Shown here: piece after piece, positions 53,980 to 64,000 of the stretch
Layout: each line of letters opens with the position of its first letter
How positions within the stretch are numbered: position 1 is the first letter of the stretch
Assembly (NCBI GenBank): GCA_951406725.2
Contig: OX597824.1
Coordinates: forward strand, 72,602,001-72,666,000
DNA from: Octopus vulgaris
Lineage: Eukaryota
Reading direction: 5' to 3'
Length of the DNA stretch: 64,000 bases
Notes under the pieces: generated by a model
What the model was told of the DNA's origin: nothing
Seen by the model: only the letters and a program-made list of their open reading frames with translations
Database searches by the model: none
Made by a program: the position numbers and the translations under genes

Positions 53980-54350
53980 CGGAGGCGCAATGGCCCAGTG
54001 GTTAGGGCAGCGGACTCGCAGTCGTAGGATCGCGGTTTCGATTCCCAGACTGGGCGTTGTGAGTGTTTATTGAGCAAAAACACCTAAAGCTCCATGAGGC
54101 TTCGGCAGGGGATGGTGGAGATCCCTGCTGTACTCTTTCACCACAACTTTCTCTCACTCTTACTTCCTGTTTCTGTTGTACCTGTATTTCAAAGGGCCGG
54201 CCTTGTCACACTGAATATCCCCGAGAACTACGTTAAGGGTACACGTGTCCGTGGAGTGCTCAGCCACTTACACGTTAATTTCATGAGCAGGCTGTTCCGT
54301 TGATCGGATCAACCGGAACCCTCGTCATCGTAACCGACGGAGTGCTTCCA
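53980..54350 (+). mobile_element. tRNA-derived SINE family 3 (full length)
   Basis: tRNA-like head TGGCCCAGTGG..GGTTTCGATTCC; 3' body shared with 1-181 and 52690-52990; related heads at 53592-53840, 62083-62419 (-) and 17760-18120 (-). Confidence 0.85.
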
Positions 54351-54954
54351 TCATTAGTTATGCTGTTGTCACAAGAAAACACTGAAGTTGAAGTCACTTT
54401 ATACAGGTTGTATAAAAAAGAAATCCCTCCCAGAATCACTATTCTTGGTAAATGTTTTAACAACAAATATATAGTTATAAACAGGTTCAAACCACGATAA
54501 CAACAACAAAAAAAAAAACACATTAAGCTACATGATGACACTGTTTACCACATGCCTAACTTCACTAGTGCCACACCAACGGCAGCATAAAATATGGGAG
54601 GGTTTTCTGATGCAGCTTGTATTTAAAGGAAAACATATTTAAAACAGTCTGCAAATATTTTTTAAAAAATTTTTCTTTTTAATTATGAATACTTAATTAA
54701 CCATGAAGCTTTAAAAGCTATATAAGTAAGGAAATGAAGCTCTATATATTTGTACTTTCATCAGGAATATTAGTGAAATGTGAAGTTTTGTTGAGGTTTT
54801 GAATTAAGAAGCAAACTAAAACTGAAATCTCAGAATCTAATTAAATAGTAATGATCTGACAGGTGATATTTCTAATTATACAGTTTGGATCATTAAAAAA
54901 ATTAAACTGAAATTAATCTTGTATATGAAGAAGAATAAAAGTTAATATATAACA

Positions 54955-55243
54955 GGCCCAAGCATGGCTGTGTGATAAAAAGTTTGCTTCCCAACCACAT
55001 GTTCCAGGTTCAGTCCCACTGTGTGGCACCTTGGGCAAGTGTCTTCTACGATAGCCTCGGGTCAACCAAAACCTCGTGAGTGGATTTGGTAGACGGAAAC
55101 TGAAGAGAAGCCAGTCGTATATGTGTGTCTATGTCTGTGTCTATGTCGTGTATGTGTGTCTATGTCTGTGTTTGTCCCCACCACCATCGCTTGAAAACTG
55201 ATGTTGGTGTGTTTATGTCCCCGTAACTTAGCAGTTTGGCAAA
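54955..55243 (+). mobile_element. SINE family 1, 3'-truncated at the retrozyme-like element
   Basis: Homology stops at 'ggcaaaa' just before 55250. Confidence 0.85.
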
Positions 55244-55355
55244 ATTGATTGTAGCCTCAGGAGGACACCTCCTCCAGCTGGCTTTAGACACACTTTCTGT
55301 GCCCTATCAGTATTTGCAAAGGGAAGCCATCCTTCCCATCTTCAACTTATGATAA

Positions 55356-55398
55356 ACACGGACTCGAGTTTCTGGGTATTGACCCGTCATCGGCGTGT
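55356..55398 (-). ncRNA. Minimal type I hammerhead ribozyme (U4C core variant)
   Basis: Same as the 55709 copy but CCGAUGA; 353 nt away in direct orientation. Confidence 0.75.
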
Positions 55399-55708
55399 GA
55401 CAATCACAGTTGTCGATGAAAAGTAGGTTCCCTTAGCAAATACTTATCCCTTTTCCAGTATCGTAAAGACACTGATATCGTAAAGGTGTAATCAAGCAAT
55501 AATAAATCTTAGAGCGAGTTATAAACAGTAGCTGCAACACATTGTGACGTATATTTGCCATTTAAATATGGCTAACCCCTAAGGGTAGATACTACTGTAG
55601 TTTGTAGTCCCAGGAGGACACCTCCTCCAGCTGGCTTTAGACACACTTTCTGTGCCCTATCAGTATTTGCAAAGGGAAGCCATCCTTCCCATCTTCAACT
55701 TATGATAA

Positions 55709-55751
55709 ACACGGACTCGAGTTTCTGGGTATTGACCCGTCATCAGCGTGT
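55709..55751 (-). ncRNA. Minimal type I hammerhead ribozyme (intact core)
   Basis: Minus strand: ACACG-CUGAUGA-c-GGGU caau ACCC-a-GAAA-CUCGAG-UC/-CGUGU. Confidence 0.88.
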
Positions 55752-56557
55752 GGAAATCACAGTTGTCGATGAAAAATAGGTTCCCTTAGCAAATACTTAT
55801 CCCTTTTCCAGTATCGTAAAGGTGTAATCAAGCTTGTAATATAAAAGGTGTAATATAACTCGCTCTAAGATTTATTATTAATTATATACATATATATATT
55901 GGGAGAGAGAGCTTAGCCATCATCTGCAAATAAGTATGATTTAGTTTTCACTACTTGAGGTACCTTTGTAGTTGCAAGACATAAACACATGCTCAGCCCT
56001 CCTGTCTTTGAATATTAGGGATGAGGCAGACTGAGAAAAAGAGGGTTATACCAGCAGTCAGCTAATGCTCATTTTCAAATGAAAAGATTTGAGTAAGTTG
56101 AAATGAAATGTCTAGCTCAAAGACACAATATGATGCCCAATCCAGGAATCAAGCCCACAAATCTTATGATTACACGGTCAACACCCTAACCATTAGGCCA
56201 TGCACACTAATCTAGTGGTCTTCTATGTTTTTGACTGTGACATACAGCAGATTAGATATATAAAATTACAAGCACACTTCACAAGGAAAATTAACAGAAC
56301 ACATATCTTAAAAGTAAAAATTAGGGAAAAAAATAAAGAGACCACTATTTTGTGTTATCAGTCATATAGTAAATAACTAAATAATGAATCACACATTTTC
56401 CAAGGCGATCAAGGATTAATACAGATTTTCTAAAGCTCAAAAATATGTGTATTTTTTAATTCCTTGCATACCTACATAAGCTCTTGCAATACCTTGTTTG
56501 AGACTCAGTAATATATCCAAAAGTAGAAAGAACTGAGGAAAATTACACAAAACACAA

Positions 56558-56945
56558 TAGGAGTGGCTGTGTGGTAAGTAGCTTGCTTACCAACCACATG
56601 GTTCTGGGTTCATTCCCACTGCGTGGCACCTTGGGCAAATGTCTCCTACTATAGCCTCGGGCTGACCAAAGCCTTGAGTGGATCTGGTAGACGGAAACTG
56701 AAAGAAGCCCGTCGTATATATGTATGTGTATGTGTATATGTTTGTGTGTCTGTGTTTGTCCCCCCAACATCGCTTGACAACCGATGCTGGAGTGTTTACA
56801 TTTCCGTAACTTAGCAGCTCAGCAAAACAGACTGATAGAATAAGTACTAGGCTTACAAAGAATAAGTCCTGGGGTCGATTTGCTTGACTAAAGGTAGTGC
56901 TCCAGCATGGCCACAGTCAAATGACTGAAACAAATAAAAGAGTAA
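56558..56945 (+). mobile_element. SINE family 1
   Basis: Full-length homology. Confidence 0.9.
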
Positions 56946-57228
56946 AAAAGAAAGAGGAGTTCTATACAAGAACCTACATTTAGCTTGGTTGTAAAACAGA
57001 TTTGGAGATTTAAGCTCTGCTTCTCTAAGGAGGATCTTGCAAGTTTGACCACTAAGAGACAACTAACTCAGTCCAATTAGATCTCATAGAACTTCAGATG
57101 CTCTCAGATCTCTCTGGAAACAATGATCTGACAGTGTGGATTTTACATGAATAAATGCATGAAACAACCATAATGTACAGTACCATGGAGTATAAGAATC
57201 AACCGTGAAGTGGTCTACAAACAGATAC

Positions 57229-57649
57229 GGATCTTTTCGGTTTGAACGGCAGTTTTTAACATAATTTCTAGGTAACTAAAAAATTTTAAATTTCGTATAC
57301 TGGTAGAATGTGTTTATAAAACATCTCTTTCTCTTGGCTTTACTGAGAAAATTCTATAGTTTGTAAGATATTTGTTGTTTTTTTTCTTCAATTCCTGCAA
57401 TTTCAACCAATCAATTACGTCCATTGAGGTAAAAAAAACATTCTGCGCCGTATGAATATGTCCCTCGTTTAAGAAACAGATTGGGTTTATTTACATTTGT
57501 GAAGAAAAAAAGATACCCTTCCTCCCACCCCTAACCAACCCTAACCCTAAAACATTGGAATGCAATAGATCGATAATAGGGTCATAATTATGGGTGACAA
57601 TTTCATATGACACCGCTAGAAAAAACTGCCGTTCAAACTGAAAAGATCC
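57229..57649. mobile_element. MITE with GG termini (Merlin-like)
   Basis: 29-bp TIR ggatcttttc(g/a)gtttgaacggcagttttt; 8-bp TSD acagatac / atagatac. Confidence 0.85.
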
Positions 57650-58034
57650 ATAGATACCAGTTCCCCTATTCACTCTTCTTCCCCAACCAAAAAGATAAGT
57701 GAAATTTTTTAATACCACCTTCCATCTGCCTTTCAACTCTTCATTTACAAAAAGACAAAATAGTAAAATAATGCAAATCTTCTTTACCATGGTGTTGGAC
57801 ATGCTTAAAAAGATCTTAATTTTAATAAACATGGTACAAAGTACAATCTTGAAAGAGAGAGAGAGAGAGAGAGAGAGAGTTGTGAACTGTCCTAGATTCT
57901 TGTAATTTTGATTTATTACTATACACCTAATATGCTGACCTGCTAAATTTTGTTATTCCAGGTTGAAGGACACTGTAACAGCACTTTGAACACATCCTAC
58001 TAAACAATGCTTGTCACACCTGACTAATTTGCAG

Positions 58035-58690
58035 AATGCAGCTGGAATGTGAAAATAATTTGGAAGTTCACTGTGTAATAAAGATTTGGGTTAAACAAGG
58101 CAAAAATGTTACAAAAACTTATGAAACGTTCTAGACTTCTTATGGATTAACTTGTATGAGATGAGCATCTTTATTCACTGGCACAAGAAGTTAAGCAAAG
58201 TAAATTTACTCAAAGCTCATAATGGTCCCCTTTTTCCACAGTATGAGCATCGTCTACATCCACTGGTTTCCCTCTGGATAGACAGTCAATGAAGAGTGTT
58301 TTGTAGAGGTTTTCAGGGAGTTCAGGAAGAGATTTTATCACAACAGGCCTGAGCACCTATGCCTGTTCATAATTCCATCCTGGTAACCAACTACTTGATA
58401 GATGGGCATCAAAACTGCATCTCACCCTTGGTTGTTCCCTATGACTGTTGGTAGTTGCCCAAGTTGAAGGAGAACATCGAGGGTAGTCGTTTTGAAGCCA
58501 CTGAAAAGATGAAGGCTGTGACAAGGGTCCTGGACACCTTCACTTTGGAGAACTTCCATGGGGCCTTCCCAAAGTGGTTGGAGTGCTTCAGGAAGTGCAC
58601 TGAAGTCAGAGGATTTTACACTGAAGATTAGAGTTTTGTATTTCTTTGAAATAAATAAAAGTATCTCCTGAGGAGAAAGTGTTTGTTGAG
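58035..58690 (+). pseudogene. Mariner transposase relic
   Basis: Degenerate KQGKNVTKTYE, IVYIHWFPSG.TVNEE, PKLKENIEGSRFE, FPKWLEC..KC. Confidence 0.7.
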
Positions 58691-58949
58691 TAAATGATGA
58701 CATTGTCAGTTCATCTGTCAACAAATCATCTGTTTGCTTTGCACCTTCAAAGTTATGTGGAATAAGAGAAACCCCTTACATGAAAAAAGAAAGTTAGCAA
58801 AAAGAAGGGCATCCAACTGTAAGACAATGCCTTGTGTAACCCATGAAAGCATGGAAAAGTAAATGTAAAACCAATGAATTTATTGAATATATCTGAAATT
58901 ACTGGGTAAAAAACAAATTTATTGAATATAACTATCTAAAATTACTCGA

Positions 58950-60900
58950 AGGATAGACTCGATGTGATGAAATTACTTTTCCCACACTCTGCTCAATATT
59001 TAGGAAGCAGCATCCTTAAATCAATTATTATTCAATTATTTATCGGTTTCTCTTTTTCATTGAAAGTTTCATAATGGCTAATGGCACTAAATTCACATTC
59101 AACTAAATATGATGATGGAAATGCAATTAGGAACTTTTCGCAATAGCACACAAGCCAGGACCAAGATTTATAATTTGGTGCTGCAACCAGTAATGATGGC
59201 ACTCGTTCTTGGAATTGCGATTCAACTCTTCATTGGTTGCCAATTCAATTCTGGTAAATTCATTTCAGTTTCTTCAATATTTAAAGGATCTAAAACCCAT
59301 TCTGGAATCTTCATAGCAAAAAGATTTTCACTATTCCAAATGATGATAGCAGACCTCAACATCATCATACATTTATGTTACATGTGCAGAAATGCTTTGA
59401 AATTGGTAAAATTCTTCACATCCTAAGTTGTATTTGACAAGAATAAGCATTGTAGCAAAGCCTTCATTTAAGTTAAATTTAATTCATCTTCCAGTTGCAG
59501 ATTCATTTCATTAAACTTGAAATATAAATCTGACATGTAAGTTTATGAAATTTCAAGTTATCTTAAAGGAAAACTTTTCTGTCTTCAAAGAATTCTTAAA
59601 GTTTCTCCAAAAATCTATAAAAGCAGTTCAAACATGTTCCCTGTGACAACCAGCAAAATTTATATAAGAAATAACAACTAATTAACCCTTTTGATATCAA
59701 AACCCTTCAGACCATGCCTGGTCCTATGATAAAAACAGCACATTTTAAAGTGATTTAAATAAAAATTGCCCATCAAAATTTCATGTTAATTTATGTTCCA
59801 AACACCAGATCAATAAATGAGAAAGGTACTTTACTAAATTCTTCATAATTTTCAAAATTAACTGAGCAAAAGGCAATGCATTTCAAGCTATAGTTTTTGA
59901 AAGGGGTCAAATTTTTTTTTGTTTTGTTTGCAGACTGTTCAAAAAATCTGTCACAGAGGACTGTTTTTGATTTTGTTAATTGTTGCAGTGACTACAATGA
60001 TCAAAGCAAGTGATCACTAAATTTTCTGCAACTAAATGTCGCAAATGGATTGCACAATGCACCACCGATGCATTCAACACTGACTTTTTCTTAGTATCCA
60101 ATGAATCTATGATAGCAGTCCTGATCAATGGAGCTCCAGAAATTGCAGCTATCACTACATTTTATAAGAGAAATCTTTTCTTTATCTCTTAGTATCTGCT
60201 GCCAAACATCTGGCAAATAACACAAAGTTATTTTCTCTTTTATAAACTGAATGTAAGCTGTAGTAAAGCCTTATTCAATGTTAATGTTGACTGCATAACC
60301 TGCCTTCTAAACCCTTGCCCATTTCATCAATCCATTGTTGTATTAATGCTCATGAATATCACTTAATGTCCTCTTTTCTATGCTGGCATGGGTTGGACAG
60401 CTCAATGTCTACTTTGGCATAGTTTCTACAGCTTGATGCCCTTCCTAACACCAACCACTTAACAGGGAGTACTGGCAGCTTTTTACAGGCTCCAATAACA
60501 GCACCAGTGAGGTCACCAAGACAAGAGACTGCATTTCAGTCTAATACAACATGATACAAAGAACTTTACTAACGGCTGATTGTTTGCCAATATCATGTAG
60601 CTTGCTTGATTTGGCAATCAGAATTGAAATTTTAGAAGAGTTTCTTAACCCATCATGTTCTTGCATTGATGAAGATGAAAATGTACTAAACACCAGTGGT
60701 CTACAAAACTGGTTACAAACTGCTTTAAAACAAATCTTTGTCTTATCGGCTTGAATTTCTCCCCACCCCCACCCCACCCCAAATAGTCTTCAAATCCTGA
60801 AGGTTTCACAGATTCACTGGAAAACACTTTCTTGGCAAATCAAGCACATTGGTAATAAGCTTGGTAATGGAGTAAAGCTATATCTTGAATATTTAATGTC
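58950..60900 (-). pseudogene. hAT (Charlie/SCAND3-like) transposase relic
   Basis: Minus-strand motifs in order: SESVKPS, ISILIAKSSKLHDIG, AISGAP, VHCAIH, WLSQGTCL, IPEWVLDP, KKRNR; many stops and frameshifts. Confidence 0.75.
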
Positions 60901-61434
60901 ATATTGCCAATATTTTTTCTTTGGTCAAGTCAAGATTATAACTATAAAATAACATTGTTATAGATATGTGTATAATAATTCTTTATATAACTCCAAATGC
61001 TGCCAAGGACAACATGGAAGAGACAGTTTCACAAGAAAATACTAATTTGCATTCTTTGTCCCTTCATCTTTTCAACATTATTTTCTTTCCAATGCTCCCT
61101 ATTGTCTCCTTACCTTTCAGCACTGCCAAGGAGGAAGTAGTACCCACTTTAGGAGGTGCTGATGTACAGGCTCTTTTGTTGGTTCATACAAAAACTGATA
61201 CACACACTCATGTACACACCACCATATGTATATATCAAATACACACAAAGAGAGAAAAATTTCTTGTAACTTTTGAAAGAACTGTTTTTTTAGAAGTGTT
61301 TCTCAACCTCATTTTCAAGTCTATGTTCCACTTAACCTCAGCCAAGCACTTGAACTCAGATCTAAATATCTGCTGGTAAAAAATTTAGACAATTTTTGGT
61401 CTAATTATCAAACAATTTGAGGTTTCATTTTGCA

Positions 61435-61960
61435 CAATTTTTATAACATCAAGCAACAAGAGTTTACGACATAACACTTGAGTTTTTCAAGAAATTATGA
61501 TGTAACATTGAATATGAGGAAACTATGGTGTAATATTGAGTATGAGGAAACTATGGTGTAACATCAAGTATCAAGAAATTATGATATAACATCAAGTGCC
61601 AAGAATTTAAGATGTAACAGTGAGTTTCAAAAATTTATGGCATTTCGTTGTATCAAGAATGTGAAAACATTGGTATCAAGAATGTGATAATAACATTGGT
61701 GAGGGCACTAATTTTTGATATAACATTGGGGGAATCATCAATTTGTGATATAATATTGAGGTCACCAACTTTATGAAACATTTGATAATCAAGGATATCT
61801 AATACATAGGAAAATGGAAAACTTATATAACATTGAGAATTGCAGAATTTATGATATAAATGTAGAATTACCAATTTATTGTAACAATGGTAAATCAAGA
61901 ATTTATGAGAGAATATTCAGGATTTGAAAATTCATGATATAACTGTGGCATCAAGAAATT
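61435..61960 (+). repeat. Degenerate ~27-bp minisatellite
   Basis: Recurrent aagaa(a/t)ttatgat(a/g)taacat(t/c)(g/a)ag motif. Confidence 0.75.
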
Positions 61961-62082
61961 ATTTTTGCTTTTCAGATATGAAAATAAAAATATGAAAGTG
62001 GAGTAACAAAAACAATAACAGCATAATAGAAGAGATAAACAAGACCAACATGAAGTGCAGTGATTTATACAGGAATTTTTTT

Positions 62083-62419
62083 AAAGACCCCCCTTCGGTC
62101 ATGAATGACCATGGGATTGCACCTAGAAAGTTACCCTCCTAGACACAAGTCCGGGCAAGGTTGTTTATGGAAGACCAGCAGTCGCCCATGCATACCAGCC
62201 TCCCCTCTCCACGCCACTGATGTTATCCAAGGGAAAGACAAAGGTCGATACAGCTTGGCACCAGTGACGTCGCAACTCATTTCTACAGCTGAGTGAACTG
62301 GAGCAACGTGAAATAAAGTGCCTTGCTCAAGAACACAACACGCAGCCCCGTCCGGGATTCGAGCTCACAACCTCACGATCGTAAGCTCGACGCTCTAACC
62401 ACTGAGCCATGCGCCTTCA
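62083..62419 (-). mobile_element. tRNA-derived SINE related to family 3
   Basis: Minus-strand head gaaggcgcatggctcagtggttagagcgtcgagc..gagctcgaatcccgg. Confidence 0.8.
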
Positions 62420-62590
62420 CTCAATATACAGGAATAAGCAACAACAATAATAGGTCAGATCCTTCCAAGGATGACATATACCAAAACCACTTGGATAGAC
62501 TACTATGTGAGAAAAGAATGTTAAGTATTTAAATCCAAGGCTAGATTAGACAAGCTTTAATACATGCATAAACGTACATACATACATACA

Positions 62591-62990
62591 AATTACAAGT
62601 TCAGGTTTATACCTGTAAGTATTGGGTCATTGGGATATTTAACACACTGCCTAAATATCAATCTTGAGAAATTAGGCTTCTCAAAACCAGAAAGAAGAAA
62701 GCTGATTTGGAGACTACAGAAGCAACCCATCAATGGAACTGTAAAAATCTACAAAACTTTCCAGAAGCTTATCATTTAAGTATATATATGAGCATGTCTA
62801 GATATGCAAGTATATGCATGAGAAGGCATACATAAATAAAAATTACAAATCTGCACATACACATACATACATGTATGCATACAAAAATACCCTGTTGTTG
62901 ATGTTGAAATTCCACTGAAGAAGCCTTGGATCTATTAGAAACTGGCTCTTTCTCTATTGGCAAGAAATCTTGAAATAAAACTGAGTAATG
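62591..62990 (+). mobile_element. 3' end of a restriction-like-endonuclease LINE (R4/Dong-like)
   Basis: FIPVSIGSLG..LEKLG..LQKQPINGTVKIYKTF resembles an RLE C-terminus; AATAAA near the end; (TACA)n on both sides. Confidence 0.65.
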
Positions 62991-63319
62991 ACATGCATAC
63001 ATACATACATATAAAATGTTTGTTTTTATGTCCAAGTTGTGTATATAAAACATTGTTACATTTTATATTTATACACACACACACACACATGCATATATAC
63101 ACTAATTAATGAAGCAGAGAAACTGATTCAACCTAACATACCAACTTCATTTAATACTAATTTCATTACTGTGATTTAGTTTCAGTATTGGCCCACTTAT
63201 TCTTTGTTTTCTTTTTTTTATAATTAGGAAAAAAATACATCCAACCACCACTATTGTTGTTGTCACCATAAAAAATTTATATAAAATGCAACAATCAATT
63301 CAAAATGAATGTCTATGTA

Positions 63320-63460
63320 CAGTAATGCCTTGATATACAAGTTAATTTATTCCCAGAGACTGCTTGTAAAGCGAAAACTTGAAAACAGAAAATAAAACCC
63401 ATAAAAGCTCATAAACCTGTAATCTTATAAAGCGTGTCCTTGTAAAGTGAGGCATTACTA
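63320..63460. mobile_element. Small Tigger/pogo-type MITE
   Basis: ta|cagtaatgcct ... aggcattact(a)|ta. Confidence 0.7.
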
Positions 63461-64000
63461 TATATATATATATATATATATGATTTTGTGTGTTGGGTGT
63501 GGTGGAAGGGAGGCTTCAAAGAGTAACTATAATTAAAATCGATAGCATACTATTGTTCGGTAATTGAGGGTTTTAACTTTGGAAATAATAATTTCTTTAT
63601 AATAATAACTATTTCTAATTTTAGGCACAAGGCTAATAATTCTAAAGGTGGTGGCAGGATGATTCCACCACAAGGTTCAGTCATTGCTGCCGTATGGTGG
63701 CTTGTGTGCTTCAATGACCTCTGAAGTATAAGCTCCTGAGATGCAGTGTCAGCCTGAAATTTCAAATGGTTGTAATCCTTTGGTAGCAAAGGTACCTTGT
63801 GGCTTTTTGTATAAACAATATATTAATTAACTATATGCTGGAGATATATGGACCACCATGCCTTATATCAGGATCCCAGTAGTTCTACAATCGAGGAAGC
63901 TGTTTTATATCAAATATAATGTTTATAGTAAAAAAAGCTAGCATTTCTGCAGTAGCGGTTGGCTGCCATTGTGGATCGGGTCTTCCACGAATAGAAACTA

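Larger units (their letters stand above)
55250..55879 (-). mobile_element. Retrozyme-like / non-autonomous Penelope-type element, ~1.65 tandem units of 353 bp plus a short inverted terminus
   Basis: Direct repeat 55250-55602 / 55603-55832, one hammerhead per unit; 55854-55879 is an inverted copy of 55498-55522; no ORF. Confidence 0.8.

Noticed and set aside
53980-54052. tRNA gene
   Set aside because: tRNA-like head continues into a SINE body present in several copies; no clean acceptor stem or terminator.
62912-62960. CTGAAGA..GAAAC hammerhead-like words
   Set aside because: Stems I, II and III cannot be formed convincingly.

Overview
Eukaryotic, AT-rich, repeat-dense genomic DNA. The SINE/LINE families and microsatellite load point to an octopus-like cephalopod (inference). 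One protein-coding gene is well supported: the E3 ubiquitin ligase Pellino on the minus strand. It has nine coding exons from 51642 down to the stop at 9889, all with GT-AG junctions and compatible phases, giving about 426 aa from the ATG at 51581. A further upstream exon is implied but was not located. The rest of the window is intronic or intergenic and filled with mobile elements: three tRNA-derived SINE families, RTE-LINE 3' fragments, an RT-less Gypsy LTR element, hAT and mariner relics, hAT/pogo/Merlin/piggyBac-type MITEs, Helitrons/Helentron and an R4/Dong-like LINE end. Most notable is a non-coding, highly structured ~353-nt repeat carrying a type I hammerhead ribozyme. It occurs as a tandem at 55.25-55.88 kb and as a fold-back at 20.4-20.8 kb, with compensatory base changes between copies, and resembles a retrozyme or Penelope-type circular-RNA element oriented in the Pellino sense direction. 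Two more hammerhead-like families and a SINE that inserts into its own head are also present. Most ORFs in the supplied track are spurious repeat or microsatellite ORFs.
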